The notes beneath the pieces are model-generated. The model saw only the letters and a program-made list of their open reading frames with translations. It did not search any database and was not told where the DNA came from. Position numbers and translations under genes: made by a program. A DNA stretch of 53,984 bases from Eubacteriales bacterium (GTDB taxonomy: Bacteria; Bacillota; Clostridia; Oscillospirales; CAG-272): contig JBGVMO010000153.1 in NCBI GenBank assembly GCA_045124835.1, positions 1 through 53,984 of the forward strand, given 5' to 3'. The number at the start of each line of letters is the position of its first letter. The stretch's first letter is position 1. Positions 17,068-26,177 of this stretch are shown piece by piece.

Positions 17068-18507
17068 TTAATAGGCCTTGCCCCAGTATACCAGATGCTT
17101 TGCCTTCTTGCCGCAGCAAACGCAGGTGTCGGCAACCGCTTCCTTGTCGTTGAAGGGAATGCAACGGGAGGAGCAGTCGGTTCTTTCCTTGATGGCAAGC
17201 TCGCAGTCAAGCTCTCCGCACCACATAGCGCGGATATAGCCGTTTTCCTTGGCGGCAATGTCCTCAAAGGCGGCCATATCGGTTGCGGTAAAGGTGCGCT
17301 TGGCGCGGTTGGCCTCGGCCTTCTCGAAGAGCGCCTTGGTCAATGCATCAAGCTCGGAAAGAACCTTTTCCTCCAAGCCGTCCTGAGAAATAAACTGCTT
17401 TTCGTGGTTGTCACGGCGAACCAGAACGCAAGCGTTATTTTCAATGTCGCGCGGGCCAATCTCAATACGAATCGGCACGCCCTTCATCTCGTATTCGGCA
17501 AACTTCCATCCGGGAGAGTTGTCGCTATCGTCAATCTTGACGCGGCAAACGGCAGAAAGACGGGTCTTCAGGGCATTGGCCGCCTCAAGAACGCCCTCCT
17601 TGTGCTGCTGTACGGGAACGATAACCACCTGAACAGGCGCAACGGCGGAGGGAAGCACGAGGCCTCTGTCGTCACCGTGCGTCATAATGATGCCGCCGAT
17701 AATACGGGTCGAAACGCCCCAAGAGGTCTGGTGGCAGTGCTTCAAGGTGTTGTCCTTGTCAAGATACTGAATATCGAAGGCCTTGGCAAAGCCGTCGCCA
17801 AAGTTGTGGGAGGTGCCGCCCTGCAGGGCCTTGCCGTCGTGCATCAGCGCTTCAACCGTGTAGGTGGCCTTTGCACCCGCAAACTTTTCCTTGTCGGTCT
17901 TCTGGCCGCGAAGCACGGGCATACCCAAATCCTTCTCAAAGAAATCGGCGTAAATGTTCAGCATACGCACAGTTTCTGCCTCGGCCTCCTCGGCGGTGGC
18001 GTGCATCGTGTGTCCCTCTTGCCAGAGGAATTCGCGGCTGCGCAGGAAGGGACGGGTCGTTTTCTCCCAACGAACAACGCTGCACCACTGGTTGTAAAGC
18101 TTGGGCAGGTCTCTGTAAGAGCGAATGATGTTCTTGTAATGCTCGCAGAAGAGCGTCTCGGAGGTGGGGCGCACGCAAAGGCGCTCGGTCAGGCGCTCGC
18201 TGCCGCCCATCGTGACCCAAGCAACCTCAGGGGCAAAGCCCTCCACGTGATCCTTCTCCTTGTTCAAAAGGGATTCGGGAATGAACATCGGCATATACAC
18301 GTTCTCGTGGCCCGTTTCCTTGAATCTGCCGTCAAGGATTTTCTGGATGTTCTCCCAGATAGCGTAGCCGTAAGGGCGAATAATCATACAGCCCTTTACG
18401 CTGGAATAATCAATCAAATCCGCCTTTTTAACGATATCGGTGTACCATTTGGCGAAATCCTCGTCCATCGAGGTGATTTGTTCAACTGCTTTCTTTTCGT
18501 TAGCCAT
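17068..18507 (-). CDS. proS: Proline--tRNA ligase (archaeal/eukaryote-like class II type, no INS editing domain)
   Basis: 479 aa. The N-terminus reads [35 protein letters not shown]. The C-terminal zinc-binding domain ends in ...WGKAY. Confidence 0.93.
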   Translation of the reverse strand: MANEKKAVEQITSMDEDFAKWYTDIVKKADLIDYSSVKGCMIIRPYGYAIWENIQKILDGRFKETGHENVYMPMFIPESLLNKEKDHVEGFAPEVAWVTMGGSERLTERLCVRPTSETLFCEHYKNIIRSYRDLPKLYNQWCSVVRWEKTTRPFLRSREFLWQEGHTMHATAEEAEAETVRMLNIYADFFEKDLGMPVLRGQKTDKEKFAGAKATYTVEALMHDGKALQGGTSHNFGDGFAKAFDIQYLDKDNTLKHCHQTSWGVSTRIIGGIIMTHGDDRGLVLPSAVAPVQVVIVPVQQHKEGVLEAANALKTRLSAVCRVKIDDSDNSPGWKFAEYEMKGVPIRIEIGPRDIENNACVLVRRDNHEKQFISQDGLEEKVLSELDALTKALFEKAEANRAKRTFTATDMAAFEDIAAKENGYIRAMWCGELDCELAIKERTDCSSRCIPFNDKEAVADTCVCCGKKAKHLVYWGKAY

Positions 18508-18547
18508 ATCGGAAACCTCTCTATAGGTGTTTTATTATAACCATTTT

Positions 18548-18577
18548 ATTATAGCACCCGAAGGTGCGCTTTGTCAA
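18548..18577 (-). promoter_or_regulatory. Sigma-A promoter of proS
   Basis: The minus strand reads TTGACA, an 18-nt spacer, then TATAAT. It lies about 40 nt upstream of the proS ATG. Confidence 0.6.
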
Positions 18578-18628
18578 GGTGATGGGAAAAATATTCCGTT
18601 TTTTACGCATCCTGCACCCAAAGTATGC

Positions 18629-19519
18629 TTAACTCTCTGCGCCGTAGTCCCGCGCCGCTCGTCTTCTGGCGAAAAAGCCCTTCGGGGAAAGCCCCTCGCC
18701 CTTGCCGTCCAAAAGCCCGATTTCCCAGCCCCGTTTGCAAAGAGAAAGAAAATCCGCGCGCACCTTGCTGTTTTTCAGAAGGCGAAGAATCTGCCTTCTC
18801 GGGAGAATGCGGTAAACACCGTCGGGCGCAAAGCTTGCCTCACTTGGTGCCGCACATAGGACGTGGCAAAAAAGCAAAAGCTCCGCAGGGCTGACGTCGG
18901 CCGCCGTTGCAAAGAAGGGAAGCGACGATAAGTCTGAAGAGGGCGCGCCAATCAGAAAGTCGCCCTCCTTTTCCCGAACGGGAAAGGTGAAAATCCCCTT
19001 TGCCTTCTCCTTCAAGCCCTCAAAGAAGGAAAGAAGGGAGAGGGGAAGCGATTTCGTTCGGTAAAACGCGGGTCGCTCGCCGCAGTAAAGCGGCGTTTCA
19101 GCATAGCAATATCGCGCCGTGCGAGCATCAAGAAAGGCAAAAAGCCGCCCTGTTGGCAAGCCCGCGCCTTCGCCGTAAGGAAGGGAGGGTGCTTTGCCAA
19201 GGGGAAGGAGAAAGAGAGGAGAAAGGTGCGCCTCTTCCTTCAAAAGAAAGTCTGCATAGGCAGGCGTTGCAGGCAAAAGCAAAACGCGCTTGCCAAGTGC
19301 CTCTCGCTCGTCCTCTAAAATGCGCAGGCAAAGAGAGGGAAAAGCAAGGTCGAAGGAGGAAATGGCTCTTGCGCGCAAAAAGCGCGAGGTGCGAAGCAGG
19401 GGCGGTATTTGGGAATCCAGCACCGTCGGCTGAATGCCAAACTCCGTATAAAAGGAGCGGCAAGCGGCGTAGCTTCCTACGTTTGCGCCCAGTATCAGAA
19501 CGGCAACGTCCTTTTCCAT
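18629..19519 (-). CDS. Hypothetical protein (N-terminus resembles a pre-ATP-grasp/Rossmann-like start)
   Basis: 296 aa with a strong RBS (AAGGAG, 7 nt spacing). The N-terminus is VAVLILGANVGSYAACRSF. The rest is Ala/Leu/Pro/Arg-rich and has no motif I can name. Confidence 0.4.
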   Translation of the reverse strand: MEKDVAVLILGANVGSYAACRSFYTEFGIQPTVLDSQIPPLLRTSRFLRARAISSFDLAFPSLCLRILEDEREALGKRVLLLPATPAYADFLLKEEAHLSPLFLLPLGKAPSLPYGEGAGLPTGRLFAFLDARTARYCYAETPLYCGERPAFYRTKSLPLSLLSFFEGLKEKAKGIFTFPVREKEGDFLIGAPSSDLSSLPFFATAADVSPAELLLFCHVLCAAPSEASFAPDGVYRILPRRQILRLLKNSKVRADFLSLCKRGWEIGLLDGKGEGLSPKGFFARRRAARDYGAES

Positions 19520-19594
19520 AGTTATCTCCTTTCGTCAAAATCCAAACTCAAAAACAGGAAAAACGGCTTGAAACACCGAAAAGTAAACCTTTCT

Positions 19595-20092
19595 TTACCA
19601 AGAAAAGCTCGTGGGCGTTCCCGCTTCCTCTAAGCCTGCAAAGTCTCGTTGCCTTAAAACTTCATAAACGGCAATCGCGGCAGAGTTGGAAAGATTCAAG
19701 CTTCTTAAATTGGGAAGCATCGGAATGCGCAGGGTGGTGTCGGGGTTCTTTTCGAGAAGCTCCTCGGGCAAGCCCTTGGTCTCGCGCCCAAACATCAGGA
19801 AAACGCGCTTTGGGTATGTAACCTCGGTGTAGGCGCGCGGCGCCTTGGTGCTGAAATAGTAAATGGCCTCGTGCCCGTTTTTCTCAAAAAATTCCGCCTC
19901 GTTCTCGTAATAGGTGATGTCGAGAAGGCTCCAGTAGTCAAGCCCTGCGCGCTTGAGCTTCTTGTCATCAATTTCAAAGCCCAAGGGCTTGATGAGGTGA
20001 AGTGCGGCGCCTGTGGCGGCGCAGGTGCGTGCAATGTTTCCCGTGTTCTGCGGAATTTCGGGGCAATGCAAAACGATATTGATATCCTTCAT
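19595..20092 (-). CDS. trmL: tRNA (cytidine(34)-2'-O)-methyltransferase, SpoU/TrmL family
   Basis: It contains IVLHCPEIPQNTGNIARTCAATGAALHLIKPLGFEIDDKKLKRAGLDYW. I prefer the ATG at 20092. Confidence 0.88.
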   Translation of the reverse strand: MKDINIVLHCPEIPQNTGNIARTCAATGAALHLIKPLGFEIDDKKLKRAGLDYWSLLDITYYENEAEFFEKNGHEAIYYFSTKAPRAYTEVTYPKRVFLMFGRETKGLPEELLEKNPDTTLRIPMLPNLRSLNLSNSAAIAVYEVLRQRDFAGLEEAGTPTSFSW

Positions 20093-20160
20093 AGCGGTAA
20101 AAACTCCTTTTGAAAAAAGAAGCAAAGGAGAAAACGAATGCAATCTCCTTTGCTCCTGAA

Positions 20161-21447
20161 TTAAGCCTTTAAAAGCTTCTCTGCGGCAGCCAGACGAACG
20201 GCCACGGTCAGAACCTGCATAGCCTCGGTCAAATCCTCAACCGTGGGGTAAGAGGGGGCAAGACGAAGGTTTTTGTCCTCAGGGTCCTTGCCGTAGGGGA
20301 AGGTGGCGCCTGCCTTGGTCAAAACCACACCGGCGTTCTGGCAAAGCTCGTAAACGCGCTTCGCACAGCCGGGCAAAACGTCAAGCGAAACGAAGTAACC
20401 GCCGCGCGGCTTTGTCCATACGGCAACGCCCGTGTCGCCAAGGTCGCGCTCCAAGGTGTCAAGGACAACGGAGAAGCGGCGGCGAAGAATGGCGGCGTGC
20501 TTCTTCATCAGAGAGTAAACGTCATCCTTGTGGGTGAAGAATTCCAGATGACGAAGCTGGTTGAGCTTATCGTGGCCGATGGTTTGTGCATTCCAGATGG
20601 CCGTAATCTGCGCAAGATTGCGCTCGCTCATCGCCATAATGGCAACGCCAGAGCCCGGGAAGGTAATTTTGGAGGAGGAGGTGAAGAACATCACGCGGTC
20701 TTCGTTTCCTGCGGCGTATGCCTCGGGGAAAATGTTAAGAAGCGTGTCGCTTTCGTCCTCGTACAAATCGTGAATCATGTAAGCGGAGTCCCAGTAAATG
20801 CGGAAGTCGGGCGCCGCCGTTTCCATTCTCACCAAGCGGCGCACCACCTCGTCAGAGTAGGTAACACCCGTGGGGTTGGAATATTTCGGAACGCACCAGA
20901 TGCCCTTAATGGCGGCGTCTTTCTTGACAAGTGCCTCAACCGCGTCCATATCGGGCCCGTATTCGTTCATCGCAACGGGGATCATTTCAATGCCCAAGGA
21001 TTCGCAAATAGCAAAATGGCGGTCATATCCGGGGCAGGGGCAAAGGAATTTCACCTTCTCCTCGCGGCACCAGGGGCGAACAGAGCCAACAACGCCGTAG
21101 AGCATCGCTCTTGCCACGGAGTCGTACATCAGGTTCAAACTGGAGTTGCCTCCAACGATAATCTGATCTGCGGGAATATCGGTCAGCTCGCTCCAGAAGC
21201 GGCGCATTTCGGGAATGCCAAGGCCAAGACCGTAGTTTCGGCAATCAAAGCCCGATTCGGTCAGGCAGTCCTCCGTGCGAACGCGCGAATGGCGAAGCAT
21301 GGGCATGGATAAATCAAGCTGCTCGGTGCAGGGCTTTCCACGGGACAAATCAAGCTTCAGGCCCTTTTTTACGAAGGCGTCATATTCCCTTTGGAGCTCT
21401 TGGTAAACGGATTGCAACTCTTCCTTGGTTGCGGTTTGATACTGCAT
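20161..21447 (-). CDS. PLP-dependent aminotransferase (class I/II fold)
   Basis: About 428 aa. It has LDLSRGKPCTEQLDLS and a PLP-lysine context, SSSKITFPGSG. The start is uncertain: ATG at 21447 or TTG at 21504, and neither has a good RBS. Confidence 0.8.
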   Translation of the reverse strand: MQYQTATKEELQSVYQELQREYDAFVKKGLKLDLSRGKPCTEQLDLSMPMLRHSRVRTEDCLTESGFDCRNYGLGLGIPEMRRFWSELTDIPADQIIVGGNSSLNLMYDSVARAMLYGVVGSVRPWCREEKVKFLCPCPGYDRHFAICESLGIEMIPVAMNEYGPDMDAVEALVKKDAAIKGIWCVPKYSNPTGVTYSDEVVRRLVRMETAAPDFRIYWDSAYMIHDLYEDESDTLLNIFPEAYAAGNEDRVMFFTSSSKITFPGSGVAIMAMSERNLAQITAIWNAQTIGHDKLNQLRHLEFFTHKDDVYSLMKKHAAILRRRFSVVLDTLERDLGDTGVAVWTKPRGGYFVSLDVLPGCAKRVYELCQNAGVVLTKAGATFPYGKDPEDKNLRLAPSYPTVEDLTEAMQVLTVAVRLAAAEKLLKA

Positions 21448-21546
21448 AAAAATTTTTAGCCGACCAAAATGGCGGCTCCCTTTCGTTTTGTATTGATTTT
21501 GCAATTTTTGAAGGCGAAAAATTCACTTTCACTCACATTGTATTCA

Positions 21547-21575
21547 ATTATACAACGAAGCGCGCGCAAAATCAA
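21547..21575 (-). promoter_or_regulatory. Sigma-A promoter of the aminotransferase gene
   Basis: The minus strand reads TTGATT, a 17-nt spacer, then TATAAT. Confidence 0.55.
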
Positions 21576-21675
21576 GGGGTTTTTATAATTATTTTGAAAA
21601 ATATTTCAAAAAAGAAAAGAAGCAAAATGCAATTTTGAAATCGAAAAACTGCAAAAGCGCGAAAGAAAAAAGCAC

Positions 21676-21704
21676 TTGACGAGGAGGGAAAGGTGTGTTA
21701 TACT
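21676..21704 (+). promoter_or_regulatory. Sigma-A promoter of mgtE
   Basis: It reads TTGACG, a 17-nt spacer, then TATACT. Confidence 0.6.
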
Positions 21705-21710
21705 AAATCT

Positions 21711-21988
21711 GTTCGAAAAGAACGAAATAAAGAATGAAAGGAACGGGAAAAATGGATTTTGCAGACAGTAAACGCGGCGACGATGGCCCGAGTCGATTAT
21801 GGCAAGCATTTTTGCCGTTTTTGACGTATACGGTGTAAACCGCGTAGCTAAGCAGGCTTAAAGTAAGCTTGATTTTAAGCGGCTTGGCGAGGGCCTTCTT
21901 CGCCCTGTTTACCTCTCACGGTGGGTAGCTAGGGAGCTTCCCGACCCTTACCGACCGAATGCACAATGCGTTAAAGGAGGTAGTAACG
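21711..21988 (+). promoter_or_regulatory. Roughly 280-nt structured 5' leader of mgtE; candidate Mg2+-responsive riboswitch (M-box-like, class unverified)
   Basis: The leader is long and lies between the promoter and the RBS (AAAGGAGG). A hairpin plus U-tract reads ATGGCAA-gcattt-TTGCCGT-TTTTTG (21799-21826). ATACGGTGTAAACCGCGTAGC resembles the conserved 3' segment of the M-box. The canonical GUUAGGUGAGGCUCC is not seen. Confidence 0.45.
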
Positions 21989-23392
21989 ATGACAGAAGAA
22001 AAAAAGGAATGGAAGGAAGAAGAGGAGGAGGCGCTCTCGGTAGACGAGGTGGTTTCTCTTTTGCAGGAAAAGCGGTATGCCGCCCTGCGCGAGAAAACCG
22101 CGGCCTTGCCTGCGGCCGATATTGGCGTTCTTTTTTCCGAAACGCCGCAGGAATACCACCGCGTGTTTTACAGGCTTCTTCCCAAGGAGTATGCGGCGGA
22201 AATTTTCGTTGAGATGGATAACGAGGCGCAGGAAAGCCTTATCTCCTCCTTCTCGGACGGAGAGCTTCAGGAAATGCTCGGCGAGCTTTTTTACGATGAT
22301 ACGGTAGATATTATCGAGGAAATGCCAGCAGGCGTTGCCGCGCGCATTCTCAAAAACTCCTCGCCCGAGGCGCGTCGGGCAATCAATCAGCTTTTGCGCT
22401 ATCCCGGCGACAGCGCAGGCAGCATTATGACCACCGAGGTTGTGGCGCTTCGCCGCAATATAACGGTGGATCAGGCCTTCCGCATCATCAGGCAGGTTGC
22501 CATTGATAAGGAAACCATCTATACCTGTTACGTAACGGACGAGGCGCGCCATCTTATCGGCGTTGTTTCGGCTAAAACGCTTTTGATTTCGCCCTTGGAC
22601 GCCGTGCTTGGCGACATTATGGACGATAGGGTTATCTCCGTCACCACCCTGACCGACAGAGAGGAAGCCGCAAGAAAGCTTCATAAATACGACCTGCTTG
22701 CCTTGCCCGTTGTCGATACCGAGGAGCGCTTAATCGGTATTATTACGGTTGATGACGCAATTGACGTTATCAGCGAGGAGCAGGAGGCCGACTTCTCCAT
22801 GATGGCGGCCATTACCCCTGACGAAACCCCTTATAGCAGGGCGTCGGTTTTCAGCATCTGGAAAAGCCGTATTCCCTGGCTCTTGATCTTGACCCTCACC
22901 GCCACCTTCACGGGCATGATTATCTCGGGCTTTGAAAGCGCCTTGGCAACCTGCGTTGCCTTGACCGCCTTCATCCCCATGCTGATGGGAACGGGCGGTA
23001 ACGCAGGCAGCCAAGCCTCCACCACCGTTATCCGCGGTCTTTCGCTCGGCGAAATCGAAACGGCGGACGTGTTGCGCGTTTTGTGGAAGGAGCTTCGCGT
23101 TTCCTTGCTTTGCGCCGTCTCGCTGGCGGCAGTCACCTTCGGTAAGGTGATGCTGATAGATAACCTGCTTTTGCAAAATCCCGAGGTGACGGTTGCGGTC
23201 GCCGTCGTCGTCGCCTTGACGCTGGCATTAACCGTGGTTTGCGCCAAGCTTCTCGGCTGTTCTTTGCCTCTTTTGGCAAAGAAGGTGGGGCTTGACCCTG
23301 CCGTAATGGCAAACCCCTTTATCACCACCGTGGTGGATACGGTCTCCCTGCTTTTGTATTTCCTGATTGCCCGCAGCCTCCTTGGCCTCTGA
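21989..23392 (+). CDS. mgtE: Magnesium transporter MgtE
   Basis: It has the MgtE_N domain, a CBS pair and a TM domain (PMLMGTGGNAGSQAST). I prefer the ATG at 21989 (MTEEKK), which follows AAAGGAGG. Confidence 0.93.
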   Translation: MTEEKKEWKEEEEEALSVDEVVSLLQEKRYAALREKTAALPAADIGVLFSETPQEYHRVFYRLLPKEYAAEIFVEMDNEAQESLISSFSDGELQEMLGELFYDDTVDIIEEMPAGVAARILKNSSPEARRAINQLLRYPGDSAGSIMTTEVVALRRNITVDQAFRIIRQVAIDKETIYTCYVTDEARHLIGVVSAKTLLISPLDAVLGDIMDDRVISVTTLTDREEAARKLHKYDLLALPVVDTEERLIGIITVDDAIDVISEEQEADFSMMAAITPDETPYSRASVFSIWKSRIPWLLILTLTATFTGMIISGFESALATCVALTAFIPMLMGTGGNAGSQASTTVIRGLSLGEIETADVLRVLWKELRVSLLCAVSLAAVTFGKVMLIDNLLLQNPEVTVAVAVVVALTLALTVVCAKLLGCSLPLLAKKVGLDPAVMANPFITTVVDTVSLLLYFLIARSLLGL

Positions 23393-23490
23393 CGGCAACC
23401 AGACGCGACAAAATTATCTGCACCGACGGCGAATACGAAAGAACCGCCAAATAAAAAGCACCGCACTTGCAAATACGGCGCCTCTAAAAA

Positions 23491-23524
23491 GGGCGAAGAA
23501 CAGTACCGTTCTTCGCCCTTTTTA
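23491..23524. terminator. Bidirectional intrinsic terminator after mgtE
   Basis: GGGCGAAGAAC pairs with GTTCTTCGCCC around a 6-nt loop. AAAAA lies on one side and TTTTTAT on the other. Confidence 0.85.
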
Positions 23525-23531
23525 TGTTGAA

Positions 23532-23656
23532 TGAAATGTGCCGCACACGTGAAATGACGGTTTTTCCATCTCCAATGCCCGCAGGCATTTCACTCGCCGA
23601 AGGCGAATTTCACGCGCGGAGCGTATTTCACAAATCCCGAAAGGGATTTATTTCAT
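23532..23656. repeat. Array of six GTGAAAT/ATTTCAY heptamers interleaved with short GC hairpins
   Basis: The copies lie at 23532-37, 23549-55 (plus orientation) and 23587-93, 23607-13, 23625-31, 23650-56 (inverted). The spacers are AATGCC-cgca-GGCATT, TCGCC-gaa-GGCGA, CGC-gga-GCG and AAATCCC-gaaa-GGGATTT. Confidence 0.7.
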
Positions 23657-23681
23657 TGCGTGCGCCCTCAGCGCAACGCCC

Positions 23682-24401
23682 TCAGCTTTCCCAGTTGTGA
23701 TAGACGTTGGTAACGTCGTCGTTGTCGTCCAGCAGATCCAAGAGCTTTTCCATGCTCTCTGCCGTCTCGTCGTCAAGCGAAACGTAAGAGGAGGGAACCT
23801 TGCTCTGCTCGGCCTGCGTCACGTTGAAGCCCTTGGCGCGAAGCGCCTCGGCAACGGCGTCCAAATCGTCGGGCTCGGTGTAAATCTCGTAAATGCCCTC
23901 GTCACCCTTGAAGTCGGCGGCGCCTGCTTCGAGCGCGGCTTCCATCAAATCGTCCTCGCTCACGTCACCGTCCTCGTCCTCAATGGTGATAAGACCCATA
24001 TCCTGAAACATAAAGCCAACACAGCCCACAACGCCAAGGTTGCCGCCGCACTTGTCAAAGTAGTGACGAACGTCACCTGCGGTACGGTTGCGGGAATCGG
24101 TTGCGGTTTCCACGATAACAGCAACACCGCCGGGGCCGTAGCCCTCGTAGGTGATTTCCTCGTAAACCACGTCCGTATCCTTGTATTTCTTGATGGCGCG
24201 CTCAATGTTATCGTTGGGCACGTTCAAGGCCTTCGCTTTGCTAATCAAATCGCGAAGCTTGCTGTTGGAAACAGGGTTAGGGCCGCCTGCACGAATGGCA
24301 ACGGCCATCTCCTTACCGATTTTGGTAAAGACCTTGGCTCTTGCCGCGTCCGTCTTGCCCTTCTTTCTTTTAATATTGTTCCATTTGCTATGTCCTGACA
24401 T
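23682..24401 (-). CDS. yebC: YebC/PmpR-family DNA-binding transcriptional regulator
   Basis: 239 aa. The N-terminus is MSGHSKWNNIKRKKGKTDAARAKVFTK. Confidence 0.93.
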   Translation of the reverse strand: MSGHSKWNNIKRKKGKTDAARAKVFTKIGKEMAVAIRAGGPNPVSNSKLRDLISKAKALNVPNDNIERAIKKYKDTDVVYEEITYEGYGPGGVAVIVETATDSRNRTAGDVRHYFDKCGGNLGVVGCVGFMFQDMGLITIEDEDGDVSEDDLMEAALEAGAADFKGDEGIYEIYTEPDDLDAVAEALRAKGFNVTQAEQSKVPSSYVSLDDETAESMEKLLDLLDDNDDVTNVYHNWES

Positions 24402-24436
24402 AAGAAAATCCTTTCTCTATCTTGAATATCGTAAAA

Positions 24437-26152
24437 TTAAATCTTTTTGGGGGTGGGCATACAAATCAGGTGGAGCGCCGTGCCCAGAACGGTCTTGACG
24501 GCCAAGGTCAGAGCCAAACGGTTCTCCTTGACCCTTTCGTCCTCTGCCGAGAGAATCTGGCAATCGTGGTAGAAGCGGTTGAAGGCCGCGCAAAGATCCA
24601 GAATATAGCGCGTGATGACCGAGGGCTCGCTCTCCGAGAGAGCGCCCTGAATCTTTTCGGGGAAGAGCGCCAAGGTGCGCGCAAGGGCCAGCTCCTCCTC
24701 CGTTGCGTTTTCTATATTGCAGCGGAAGTCGCCGTTTGCACCGGCCTTCTCCAGAAGGGAGGAGCAGCGCGCGTAGGTGTACTGTGCGTAGGGGCCCGTG
24801 TTTCCGTCAAAGGAAAGGGCATCCTCCAGCATAAAGTTGATGTCGCGCATACGGTTGTTGGAGAGATAGTAGAAGACGATAGCGCCAACGCCGACCTGTT
24901 CTGCCGTCTTTTCGTCAGCGGCGGCTGCGGAATGCTTTTCCGCCATCACGCCCTTGACCTTTTCAATGGCCTGCGCGAACAAATCCTTCAAGAGAATGAC
25001 GTTGCCCGTTCTGGTGGCGAGCTTCTCGCCGTTGATGCTCACCGTACCGTAGGGAACGTGAAGGAGCTTGTTGTAGAAATCGTAGCCCATCAGCTCCACA
25101 ACCTTGAACCACTGGGCAAAGTGTAAGCATTGACCCGCGGAGGTCACGTAAATGCACTTGTCAAAATCATAGGTTTCCTTGCGATAAACGGCCGCGGCAA
25201 TGTCACGGGTGGGATAAAGGGTAGAGCCGTCACGCTTCAGAATGAGGCAGGGAGGCATATTCCATTTTTCCAGATTAACAACGGAGGCACCGTCGTCAAT
25301 GGTCAGAAGCCCCATATCACGCATCTTCTGAATCTGAGGCGGCATCAGCTCGGTATAGAAGCTTTCGCCGTTGTAGCTGTCAAATTCAATGTTCAGCATA
25401 CGGTAGGTCTTTTTGTATTCGCGCAGGGAAATGTCCACGAACCAGCGCCAAAGCGCGAGATTTTCCTCGTCGTGTGCCTCAAGCTTGGTAAACTCGGCAC
25501 GTGCCGCATCGTTCAATGCGGGATCCTTTTCGGCTTCCTCGTGGAATTTGACGTACAGGCGAACCAATTCGTCAATTTCCTTTTCCTCAACCTCCTCGCG
25601 AGAGCCCCATTTGCGATAGGCAACCATCAGCTTGCCAAACTGGGTGCCCCAGTCGCCAAGGTGGTTGATGCCAATGCACTTGTAGCCCACGAATTCGTGA
25701 AGCAGACGCAAGGAATGGCCGATAACCGTCGTTCCAAGATGGCCGATGTGGAAGGGCTTTGCCACGTTGGGAGAGGAATAGTCAAGAACAACCGTCTTGC
25801 CCTCGCCCTCGTTCGTTGCGCCGTAGCGCTCCTTTTCCGAAAGCACCGTGTTCACGATACGGGAGGTAAAGGCGGCGGGATTCATTTTGAAATTCAGATA
25901 GCCGTTGAGGGCCGAAACCTCCGAAAATGCCTCCGAATGAATGGCGGCGGCCAAATCCTCTGCAATCTTCACAGGGGCGCGGCGCAGGCTGCGGCTGAGC
26001 TTGAAGCAGGGAAGCGCAAGGTCGCCCATTTTGGTGTCAGGGGGGTATTCCAGCATCTCAAAGACCTCTGCCTCGGAAAGTGCGGCGGGCGCAAAGAGAG
26101 TCGAAACGGCGGCGCTGATGGCCTCTGCCGCCTGTTTTTTTAGCTTTTGCAT
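24437..26152 (-). CDS. argS: Arginine--tRNA ligase
   Basis: 571 aa. The HIGH motif reads PFHIGHLGTT. The class I body and the DALR anticodon-binding C-terminus are present. Confidence 0.92.
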   Translation of the reverse strand: MQKLKKQAAEAISAAVSTLFAPAALSEAEVFEMLEYPPDTKMGDLALPCFKLSRSLRRAPVKIAEDLAAAIHSEAFSEVSALNGYLNFKMNPAAFTSRIVNTVLSEKERYGATNEGEGKTVVLDYSSPNVAKPFHIGHLGTTVIGHSLRLLHEFVGYKCIGINHLGDWGTQFGKLMVAYRKWGSREEVEEKEIDELVRLYVKFHEEAEKDPALNDAARAEFTKLEAHDEENLALWRWFVDISLREYKKTYRMLNIEFDSYNGESFYTELMPPQIQKMRDMGLLTIDDGASVVNLEKWNMPPCLILKRDGSTLYPTRDIAAAVYRKETYDFDKCIYVTSAGQCLHFAQWFKVVELMGYDFYNKLLHVPYGTVSINGEKLATRTGNVILLKDLFAQAIEKVKGVMAEKHSAAAADEKTAEQVGVGAIVFYYLSNNRMRDINFMLEDALSFDGNTGPYAQYTYARCSSLLEKAGANGDFRCNIENATEEELALARTLALFPEKIQGALSESEPSVITRYILDLCAAFNRFYHDCQILSAEDERVKENRLALTLAVKTVLGTALHLICMPTPKKI

Positions 26153-26177
26153 GAGAAAAACCTTTCTTTTTCGTATT

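Noticed and set aside
18508-18628. A T-box leader upstream of proS, and similarly upstream of argS at 26153-26177.
   Set aside because: The intergenic spaces are far too short (about 120 nt and about 25 nt). The proS promoter lies about 40 nt from the ATG. No specifier or T-box sequence is visible.
21799-21826. The hairpin plus U-tract in the mgtE leader, considered as a stand-alone terminator of an upstream gene.
   Set aside because: No plus-strand gene precedes it and it lies downstream of the mgtE promoter. It is better interpreted as part of the leader, either the expression platform or an internal helix.
23524-23700. A 59-codon ORF (MLNEMCRTREMTVFPSPMPAGISLAEGEFHARSVFHKSRKGFISLRAPSAQRPQLSQL) across the heptamer array.
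   Set aside because: It has no RBS and overlaps the yebC 3' end. Its periodic FH/IS residues simply mirror the ATTTCAC repeats.
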